Shown here in pieces: positions 38,182 through 45,622 of a stretch of DNA of 64,000 nt. Source of the DNA: an uncultured Gammaproteobacteria bacterium (lineage in GTDB: Bacteria > Patescibacteriota > Patescibacteriia > Magasanikbacterales > GWA2-37-8); NCBI GenBank assembly GCA_964596525.1, contig CAZQUL010000001.1:460830-524829 (forward strand), given 5' to 3'. Made by a program: the position numbers and the translations under genes. Under the pieces are notes generated by a model. The model did no database searches. It saw only the letters and a list, made by a program, of their open reading frames with translations, and was not told where the DNA came from. Within the stretch, counting starts at the first letter, position 1; each line of letters opens with the position of its first letter.

Positions 38182-40029
38182 TCAAGGCTTGGTCGGCTCG
38201 GTCGACGCGGTGGCGTCGAGCCACCATTGCGACGGCTGGTTCGGCGTAGAAGCAGCCGGAACCGGCGTCACCTCTGTAGAAGAAGCCTTCGCGTTGGTGC
38301 TGCTGTTCTTCTTGATGTCATTCCCGGAAGGAACGACGCTCTTGAGGAAGCGCAGGCTCGCCCAGAGCACCAGGGCCGGCAGGAAGGATGTCACGACCAG
38401 GATCGCGAAGAATTCGTGATTCGGGATCTTGGTCCAGAGCTTGCCGAGCAGCCCGCAGAGGAAATTTCCAATGCAGGTGGAGAACATCCAGACGCCCATC
38501 ATGATTCCCTCACGGCCCTTCGGTGCCATCTTCGTCACGGTGGAGAGACCCATCGGCGACACGTGCAGCTCGCCGAGCGTGATGATGAAGTAGCAGCCGA
38601 TGAGCCAGAGCGGACTCACCTTGCCGGTGTTGCCACCGGCGAGCGAGGCTCCGACCATCACCGCGTAGCTCAGGCCGGTGAGGACCATGCCGATGCCCAT
38701 CTTGGCCGGCGTCGACGGCTCCATCTTCCGCTTCCTCAGGTACGCGTAGAACCGGTTCAGCGGACCCGTGAGGGTCACGATGAAGAACGGGTTCACGGCG
38801 TTGTAGATGAAGGGGCCGACGGTGTACGCCACGACAGGGACGGTGTAGGCGCGGGTGTTGTTGTCCGCCCAGAACGCGAGAACGTTGCCGTTCTGGTGGA
38901 AGGCCATCCAGAAAAATATGATGACCCCGGCCAACAGGCAGATGGCGAGGATCTTCAGGCGGGCGAGGGCGGGGTTGGACTCCTCCTCCTTCTGAACGAC
39001 GAGGTTCGCCGTCAGGTTGGAGGCGGCTCGCTCGAGCCAGGGGCGCGTGGCGAGCGCGATGATGAGAGCGAAGACCATGCCGATGCCTGCGCCGTTGAAG
39101 GCCCAGGTCCAGCCGTAGCGCGTCTGCATCACATCGGCCACGATCGGAGCGAAGAATGCTCCGACGTTGATGCCCATGTAGAAAATCGAGAAGCCCGCGT
39201 CACGGCGCGGATCGCCCTGCAGGTATAGAGCGCCCACCTTGTTCGACATGTTGGGCTTGAACAGCCCGTTGCCGATCACGATGAGCCCCATGCCGAGCCA
39301 CACATGCCACATCGCGCCCTGGCCGAGGGTGAAATAGCCAAGGCCCATGAGCACGATGCCCATGTAGATGGGCTTGTTGCGGCCGAGCCACTTGTCGGCA
39401 GCGTAGCCGCCGCCGAGCGGGGTAAAGTAGACGCCAGCATTGAACACGCCGTAGAACATGCTCGCGTCCGCGGCCGAGAGGTGGAAGTAGTTCTTCAGGT
39501 AGAGGCTGAAGAGCGCGATCATGGTATAGAACCCGAACCGCTCCCACATCTCGATGAAGAAGATGATGTAGAGGGCGCCGGGCTGCTTGGAGTTGTTGCC
39601 TCCGTCGCCAGGGCCACCCTCGGCCACCTTGTCCCACTCTAGCGGATGCGAGCCGCTCTCCGATGTATTTCTGGCGTTCGTGCTCGTCATCATGCAGATC
39701 AGGAGATGCAGGAACGGCGTCGAGCTCGGTTCGATGCGTGAGCAGAGGTTCTGCCAGACGCGCTTGGGGAGCGTCACCAGGAAATCCACAGCAGCCGCCG
39801 TTGAGGCGGTGTGCTCAAACACGAATGTGCTGGCCGTGCGCAAGATGCGCTGCAGTGCCGAGCGACGAAGGAAATCCCCCGCCGCCTGCACCGCCTTGTA
39901 GAGCTTTCCGTCCAGGCAGGCGAAGACAGCAATGAAGGGGGTCAGGAAGGCCATGACGGCCCGCTCGACAGCCTTGCTACCAGCATGCTCGTACGGAAAC
40001 AGGTTAGGGGACAACGTCGTCGCGTGCAT
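38182..40029 (-). CDS. Proton-dependent oligopeptide transporter (POT/PTR2 family) with a ~145-aa N-terminal extension
   Basis: Signature blocks FIEMWERFGFYTM and GGGYAADKWLGRNKPI. 12-14 TM helices. The start at 40029 has an AAGCGGAGGTGA SD. Confidence 0.85.
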   Translation of the reverse strand: MHATTLSPNLFPYEHAGSKAVERAVMAFLTPFIAVFACLDGKLYKAVQAAGDFLRRSALQRILRTASTFVFEHTASTAAAVDFLVTLPKRVWQNLCSRIEPSSTPFLHLLICMMTSTNARNTSESGSHPLEWDKVAEGGPGDGGNNSKQPGALYIIFFIEMWERFGFYTMIALFSLYLKNYFHLSAADASMFYGVFNAGVYFTPLGGGYAADKWLGRNKPIYMGIVLMGLGYFTLGQGAMWHVWLGMGLIVIGNGLFKPNMSNKVGALYLQGDPRRDAGFSIFYMGINVGAFFAPIVADVMQTRYGWTWAFNGAGIGMVFALIIALATRPWLERAASNLTANLVVQKEEESNPALARLKILAICLLAGVIIFFWMAFHQNGNVLAFWADNNTRAYTVPVVAYTVGPFIYNAVNPFFIVTLTGPLNRFYAYLRKRKMEPSTPAKMGIGMVLTGLSYAVMVGASLAGGNTGKVSPLWLIGCYFIITLGELHVSPMGLSTVTKMAPKGREGIMMGVWMFSTCIGNFLCGLLGKLWTKIPNHEFFAILVVTSFLPALVLWASLRFLKSVVPSGNDIKKNSSTNAKASSTEVTPVPAASTPNQPSQWWLDATASTEPTKP

Positions 40030-40405
40030 AGGTCACCTCCGCTTTACTTCAAACTCCTTCATAGCCGGGAAGAGCTGTCCGCTTAGCAGCACTATGCTGC
40101 GTACGGACACCGCCTTCCCGACTATGACTCGTGATCTGAATTGTCAAAGATGTTTCGTAAAAATATCGTGTTGCTCTCTTTGGAGCAACGAGCTACACTA
40201 GCAGTTTTTTGTGCCCAAGTCAAGACCATTTGTGACTTATTTTTATGCTTTTTCACGTTAGCTATGCTCTCCATACTTCAGTAAACGGCGTTTTTACGCA
40301 AGTACAGCGGGGATAAACTATCTAACGATCCTTCATACTCCGTGTGTACGCCTTGTCCGCCCCTTTCTTGCGTGCTACACTAGGCTCATTCTCACTCCTG
40401 TTTTT

Positions 40406-41023
40406 ATGCATATCCAGTGGCTAGGCCAGACGTGCCTCAAACTCCAGACTAAAAATATCGATGAAGATATCGTTACCGTTGTCGATGCGTATCGCCCCAA
40501 AACCGGGGATTTTCCGCGCAACATGACGGTGCAGCTTGCGCTGTTTTCGCGCGGTTCCGAAGGTGCTCTCAGTTCGCTCGGCGAACCCTTTGTCATTGAT
40601 ACCCTCGGTGAATTCGATTGCCGCGGCGTGATGGTCTCTACCTACGGCGCCTCTGATGGAACAGTTCTCTTTAAAATCATGTCCGAAGGCATTGCCGTGC
40701 TGCACGCCGGAGCACTCTCTGTTAAACCCGACGATGCACTCGTCGAAGCACTCGGCAAAGTGGATGTTCTCGTCGTGCCGGTCGGTGGCGGAAAACGGGC
40801 GCTGTCGCCGCAAGATGCCGCCGATTTTATCACTGCCGTTGAACCGCGGATCGTTATTCCCGTTGGTTTTGCTTCTGACACCGACCCGGATGCCGGAGCG
40901 CTCGAAGTATTCCTTAAAACGAGCGGTCTTAAAGCCGACAGCGCCGAAAAGAAAATTATCCTCAAGGCTAAAGACTTGCCGCAAGAAGAAACGCGTCTCA
41001 TGGTCTTGGAAAAAACCGTCTAA
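40406..41023 (+). CDS. MBL-fold (UPF0173-like) protein lacking the canonical His motifs
   Basis: MHIQWLGQTCLKL... N-terminus and the VDVLVVPVGGG...PRIVIPVGF layout typical of COG2220. The HxHxDH motif is not present. Confidence 0.5.
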   Translation: MHIQWLGQTCLKLQTKNIDEDIVTVVDAYRPKTGDFPRNMTVQLALFSRGSEGALSSLGEPFVIDTLGEFDCRGVMVSTYGASDGTVLFKIMSEGIAVLHAGALSVKPDDALVEALGKVDVLVVPVGGGKRALSPQDAADFITAVEPRIVIPVGFASDTDPDAGALEVFLKTSGLKADSAEKKIILKAKDLPQEETRLMVLEKTV

Positions 41024-41063
41024 GACTCTTCTCTGAGCGTTTATTCTGGAATGCGCCGTACTT

Positions 41064-41663
41064 TTGTCTCTTTCTCCCATGTCTCGCGCTGCCAAAAAAA
41101 AGCCGTCTCTTAAGCAGGGTGCTGCCATGCCTTCTTTGATGTTTAACGGATTTATCCCGCGTGAAACCGACACGACTTCGGATGCACACCATAAAAACAG
41201 GGTGCGCGGAGAGGAGTCTTCATCCGAGATGCATCACTCTTCGACTCCGCACCAGCTTTTACCCACCAACAATCCGCCGCCGGCGCGCGGTGCGCGGGGT
41301 GTGCTCTATGCGGCAGTGGCAGTGGTTATGGTGGTTATTATCGGTATTTGGGCGTACGCTTTTCCGGCGCATATTTCGCTTCGGGGCTGGCGCAGCACTT
41401 CGGAGGTGCAACTGTTTTCTACAGCCAAAAACCAGTGGCAAAACGCCTTTGCACCTACGGCGAGCGATACTACAGCTACCAAAGAACGACTGGCCAACAA
41501 TCTCGAAGAAGCGCTTACTATCATGAATAACCAGGGCCTTATCCCGTCTACTACGCCCACTGCTACGCCTACGTCCTCGCCTTCGTTTGCTACCGCCTCA
41601 AGCACAACATCGACCGCGCCTGTCACCTCACCCCCGAATTCCTCCACATCTTCGGTCCGTTAA
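41064..41663 (+). CDS. Hypothetical single-pass membrane protein with a Ser/Thr/Pro-rich tail
   Basis: TM helix VLYAAVAVVMVVIIGIWAYAF. C-terminal low-complexity region TTPTATPTSSPSFATASSTTSTAP. Confidence 0.5.
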   Translation: MSLSPMSRAAKKKPSLKQGAAMPSLMFNGFIPRETDTTSDAHHKNRVRGEESSSEMHHSSTPHQLLPTNNPPPARGARGVLYAAVAVVMVVIIGIWAYAFPAHISLRGWRSTSEVQLFSTAKNQWQNAFAPTASDTTATKERLANNLEEALTIMNNQGLIPSTTPTATPTSSPSFATASSTTSTAPVTSPPNSSTSSVR

Positions 41664-41703
41664 CAGTTTTTCGTAATTTACCCCGTTTTTTACGTACCTT
41701 ACT

Positions 41704-42936
41704 ATGCCTCACGAACGTCACCTTGGTTTTAACGATCTCGGTCTGTCGCCTAAGCTGGTGGAAGTTGTCACCAAGGTTGGCTACACGGTTCCGACTCCTA
41801 TTCAAGAGCGGGCTATTCCGCTTGTCGCCGAACATCAGGATGTGGTGGGTATTGCCCAAACCGGTACCGGCAAAACCCTCGCTTTCGGGCTCCCCATGCT
41901 CCAGAATATTTCGCGCCGCCAGGGGCAAGGACTCGTTCTGGTGCCCACGCGCGAACTCGCATTGCAGGTCCACGAAACGCTCCATAAGATCGGAACGTTT
42001 TTCGGTTTGCGTACCGCGGTTCTCATCGGCGGTGCAGGATTTACGCCCCAAGTTCAGTCACTCCGCAAGAAACCGCATATCATCGTTGCGACGCCTGGTC
42101 GCCTTAACGACCATGTGGAGCGCAAAACCGTTACCTTCGAGCAGATCCGCGTCGTCGTGCTCGACGAAGCTGATCGTATGCTCGATATCGGGTTTGCACC
42201 GCAGATCAAACGCATCTTGAATCTCTTACCCAAAGACCGCCAGACGCTCCTGTTTTCGGCTACGATGCCGCAAGAAATCGCAGAGCTCGCGGCTACGTAC
42301 CTCAAGCATCCATTGCGGGTTGAGGTAGCACCGGCCGGCACCGCGTCCGAAAAAGTAGAGCAGACCACATACCTCGTACCCAAAACCGCCAAAGCCGCGC
42401 TCCTCGAATCCATTCTCACTGACCAAGTCGGCTCGGTCCTCGTATTCACGCGTACCAAATTCGGCGCCAAAAAATTGACTGCCCAACTTATCCGCAAAGG
42501 TTTTACGGCTGCCGAAATCCATTCCAATCGTTCGCTTGGCCAGCGCCGCCGTGCTCTTGATGGATTCAAAAGCGGGGAATACCGCGTGCTCGTCGCTACC
42601 GACATCGCGGCGCGCGGCATTGACGTGAAAGGTATTGCGCTCGTCGTTAACTACGATTTACCCGACAACCCCGAAGATTACGTACACCGTATCGGCCGCA
42701 CCGGACGCGCCGGCCATCATGGCCACGCTATCACCTTTGTTGGTGAAGATGAACGAAGCGACTTAAAAGCCATTGAACGCCTCATCAAAAAACAATTGCC
42801 GCAGCTGCCGCTTCCGCCGCATGTGAGCGTTCCGAAAGCGGAGAAATCTCTCGGTATTGCCGAGAGTCCTTTTCCAGACCGTTACCGAGGGGATCGTCGT
42901 TCGCGGCGCGGTGGGCCTGGGAGACGCCGAAGATAA
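41704..42936 (+). CDS. DEAD-box ATP-dependent RNA helicase
   Basis: Q-motif, AQTGTGKT, DEAD (VLDEADRM), SAT, HRIGRTGRAG. RG-rich C-terminal tail. Confidence 0.9.
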   Translation: MPHERHLGFNDLGLSPKLVEVVTKVGYTVPTPIQERAIPLVAEHQDVVGIAQTGTGKTLAFGLPMLQNISRRQGQGLVLVPTRELALQVHETLHKIGTFFGLRTAVLIGGAGFTPQVQSLRKKPHIIVATPGRLNDHVERKTVTFEQIRVVVLDEADRMLDIGFAPQIKRILNLLPKDRQTLLFSATMPQEIAELAATYLKHPLRVEVAPAGTASEKVEQTTYLVPKTAKAALLESILTDQVGSVLVFTRTKFGAKKLTAQLIRKGFTAAEIHSNRSLGQRRRALDGFKSGEYRVLVATDIAARGIDVKGIALVVNYDLPDNPEDYVHRIGRTGRAGHHGHAITFVGEDERSDLKAIERLIKKQLPQLPLPPHVSVPKAEKSLGIAESPFPDRYRGDRRSRRGGPGRRRR

Positions 42937-42947
42937 TTTTAAGGAAG

Positions 42948-42975
42948 AATCGCTCAAAAAGCGATTTTTTCTTTT
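42948..42975 (+). terminator. Intrinsic terminator after the DEAD-box helicase gene
   Basis: aatcgct-caaa-agcgatt followed by ttttttcttttc. Confidence 0.55.
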
Positions 42976-42990
42976 CTGCGGGGTATCCTC

Positions 42991-43019
42991 TTGACCAAAC
43001 TTTATCCACATGGTACTTT
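42991..43019 (+). promoter_or_regulatory. Promoter TTGACC-17-TGgTACTTT upstream of the PadR gene
   Basis: Family architecture with an extended -10. Confidence 0.5.
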
Positions 43020-43054
43020 GTGTGCAAAGGTAGCATTTATTTAATTATACCCGT

Positions 43055-43399
43055 ATGCAAAGCGCAGATTCGTTTAAAACATCGATGCGGCGGGGGCTTA
43101 TTGAGTACGCGGTGCTCCTCATTATCGCCCAGGGCAAAGTGTATGCCGGGGATATTCTGGAGCTCCTCAAGCGGGCCGATCTCATCGTCGTAGAGGGGAC
43201 GCTCTATCCGCTCCTCAATCGCCTCAAGACGCAGGAACTTCTTACCTACGCATGGGAAGAATCGCGCGAAGGCCCGCCGCGCAAGTACTACAGCCTCACC
43301 GACGAAGGCAAGCGTGCGCTCAAAGATTTTGACGGCACGTGGAATCATTTGGTCTCTTCATTCACCACTTTACGCAGTACCTATGAAAACAACCATTAA
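43055..43399 (+). CDS. PadR-family transcriptional regulator
   Basis: Winged-helix blocks GTLYPLLNRL...EGPPRKYYSLTDEGKRAL. Confidence 0.8.
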   Translation: MQSADSFKTSMRRGLIEYAVLLIIAQGKVYAGDILELLKRADLIVVEGTLYPLLNRLKTQELLTYAWEESREGPPRKYYSLTDEGKRALKDFDGTWNHLVSSFTTLRSTYENNH

Positions 43400-43991
43400 T
43401 GTAACGCTCGGCGGGCAGCTCTTCGTGCTCGAAGAGGATGCTTATCAAGCATTAAAAAATTACCTCGACGAGGTGGAGCGCATTGTAGCGACGTATCCGG
43501 AACGCGCAGACATCATGGCCGACATCGAAGCGCGCTTGGCCGAAGAGCTGAAGCGCTCTGTAAGTGGTGGCGTGGTAACGACCGGCGTTTTGAGCGGAAT
43601 GCTCACGCGGCTTGGCACGCCCGAGGAACTCCGTCGCGAGTTGGGCGGGGCGGAACGCGAAAACGTTGCTGCTTCTTCGTCAGCTGGTTCGAGTTCTCAT
43701 TCTGCCGCGCCGCGCAAGAGCCGCCGCTTGTACCGTGATCCGGATGATCAGATCGTATCGGGTGTATGCTCGGGTATCGCCGCCTACATCGGGGTTGATC
43801 CAACGTGGGTGCGCATCGGTTTCGCGGTCGGCACGCTCGCGTGGGGAGCCGGGGTCTTCGTCTACCTCCTCCTTCTCATTATCGTTCCGGAAGCGAAAAC
43901 GCCGGAGCAAAAAGCCGAGCTCCATGGCGAGCCGCTCCGTTTGGCAGATATTGTAACGAGCGTTCGCAACGCCTTTGAGAAGAAAAAATAA
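43383..43991 (+). CDS. PspC-domain membrane protein
   Basis: LYRDPDDQIVSGVCSGIAAYIGVDPTWVRIGFAVGTLAWGAGVFVYLLLLIIVP is the PspC domain. Overlaps the PadR gene by 17 nt. Confidence 0.75.
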   Translation: MKTTINVTLGGQLFVLEEDAYQALKNYLDEVERIVATYPERADIMADIEARLAEELKRSVSGGVVTTGVLSGMLTRLGTPEELRRELGGAERENVAASSSAGSSSHSAAPRKSRRLYRDPDDQIVSGVCSGIAAYIGVDPTWVRIGFAVGTLAWGAGVFVYLLLLIIVPEAKTPEQKAELHGEPLRLADIVTSVRNAFEKKK

Positions 43992-44076
43992 CCTTCGATC
44001 GAACATCATAAAACCGCTCGGTGAAAGCCGGGCGGTTTGGCGTTACGGATATTCACCGTTTGTTGCGGTGCAGTGT

Positions 44077-44493
44077 TCATTCCCCAAAGAAAAAAGCACG
44101 TAATTTCTTGCGCTGCACCGCGCGCCAGGTAGTGAAGAACACCGGACGTTCAAACGGCGCGGCACGCTCGGCATCAATGCCCATTTTTTTAAACCACTCC
44201 TCGATCCGTTCGGGAGAAGAATGGGCGGGGTCGTATTCGACATTAATAATACCTTCGCTTGTTTCTGGTTCGTAATAGAGCCTGCACACGACAGGCGAGT
44301 GAGGGTTATAGGGAATATGCGCTCGGCCTGCAGCATATTTTTCTTCGAGGAAAAGAATATCGCCATGATACGTAGCCTCTAGTGCAGCGTCGAGCCAGCC
44401 CTTAAAAAAGAAACGGATTATTTTGTAGGGGAAGTCTTTGCCAATAACAAAAACGCCTTCTTTGTTTGCCCAGGAAAGATAGTTTTTGGACAT
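44077..44493 (-). CDS. Hypothetical protein, paralog 1 of a tandem pair (138 aa)
   Basis: Shares I-RF-FKGW...FL-EE...GI..ERA-PF blocks with the adjacent ORF. Confidence 0.55.
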   Translation of the reverse strand: MSKNYLSWANKEGVFVIGKDFPYKIIRFFFKGWLDAALEATYHGDILFLEEKYAAGRAHIPYNPHSPVVCRLYYEPETSEGIINVEYDPAHSSPERIEEWFKKMGIDAERAAPFERPVFFTTWRAVQRKKLRAFFFGE

Positions 44494-44497
44494 ATTT

Positions 44498-44917
44498 TCA
44501 ATTCCTCTCGAGATTCAGAAGCCATTTTTTAAATCTGCTCATGAGCGACTCTGGCTGCGAGATAAAAGGATCTGCTCGCTCAAGTTGTATGCCTAGTTCC
44601 ATGAAAAATTTCTCAGCTTTTTCGAGTTCTTCTCCTTGAGATGAAAGAATAAGCATTTCAAGGATATCTCCGGCCTGATCACCGCTAGTAAGGCCTGGAC
44701 TCTGTGGTTGCATGTAGATATTATCAAGTGTCCATGGTGGGGGAGGTGCACACCTCCCATGTTGATGTTCCTCGAACAAAAAACCGACGCTGTTATGAAA
44801 TTGTTCTTGGAGATGCCTATTTCTCCAACCTTTAAATACAAAACGATAGATACGGACTTCTTTTCGGGCACTCCCTAACGCTGTATAACGATTTCCCTTT
44901 TTTGAGATGAAGAGCAT
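44498..44917 (-). CDS. Hypothetical protein, paralog 2 of a tandem pair (139 aa), low local GC (~43%)
   Basis: IYRFVFKGW...FLFEE...GIQLERADPF. Separated from its paralog by 4 nt. Confidence 0.55.
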   Translation of the reverse strand: MLFISKKGNRYTALGSARKEVRIYRFVFKGWRNRHLQEQFHNSVGFLFEEHQHGRCAPPPPWTLDNIYMQPQSPGLTSGDQAGDILEMLILSSQGEELEKAEKFFMELGIQLERADPFISQPESLMSRFKKWLLNLERN

Positions 44918-45073
44918 AGCGAAGTACTTTTAGCACTACAATACATGGTTCCCAAAATCCCGAGTAGCTTTTACTGTGCATAAAAAACAACAACCGCCTG
45001 GTAAAAAAGCGGTTGGGAGCGGTGGCGGACTTCTTGCTCAGGTGTGGAAAGATTTGTTGCTCGCCGAGCATGC

Positions 45074-45484
45074 CTAGCCGAAGGCTCTCACGCGGCAGTC
45101 GAGTCCGTACGCCGCAATGGCATTTTGGATGCCGGAAATCATTTCATCGCGATAGCGCACGGCGAGATTCTTCTTTTTGGAGGAAAAAACGTGCACTTTA
45201 CAGGTAGGTACGACTCCCTTTTTTAACCAGAGAAGAAGTACGAACGGCCGTTCGACGTGAGAGTTTGGCATGGCGACGACGCCGCAGAAGCCGGTTTCAT
45301 AGAGCGTCTCGGCGCTTACCGTATCGCTGTCCCAGGAAGAGTGGGGCAGGATCTTTTCGCGCACTGCACTCACGGCTTCGATGATGACCTTAGCCGTGGA
45401 TAGCATACGGGCCCGCTCAACGCTCTTCGCGCTCTGTTCGGGGCTGGAAAGGCCTAAAAGATAGCGCATTATTCTACAGAACAT
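45074..45484 (-). CDS. Hypothetical protein (136 aa), first gene of the minus-strand unit containing the paralog pair
   Basis: ORF with AAGGAGG directly upstream. No recognisable domain. Confidence 0.4.
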   Translation of the reverse strand: MFCRIMRYLLGLSSPEQSAKSVERARMLSTAKVIIEAVSAVREKILPHSSWDSDTVSAETLYETGFCGVVAMPNSHVERPFVLLLWLKKGVVPTCKVHVFSSKKKNLAVRYRDEMISGIQNAIAAYGLDCRVRAFG

Positions 45485-45534
45485 CGGGTCCTCCTTTAGT
45501 CTAAGTATGGCATACCTTACTGCTTGACGCCGCT

Positions 45535-45563
45535 GTTGTCAACCACTGAAGCTTCGGCTATAC
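45535..45563 (+). promoter_or_regulatory. gyrA promoter TTGTCA-17-TATACT
   Basis: Good -35/-10 spacing, about 60 nt upstream of gyrA. Confidence 0.6.
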
Positions 45564-45622
45564 TAACCTCACTTTCGCATAAAAGCTGACCTCAGCCAGC
45601 TGATTCTGAAACGTATTTCTTT

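Noticed and set aside
38149-39228. 359-aa plus-strand ORF inside the POT transporter gene
   Set aside because: It is a GC-rich antisense shadow and its product is low-complexity Arg/Gly/Glu-rich. The POT frame has a clear family signature and SD.
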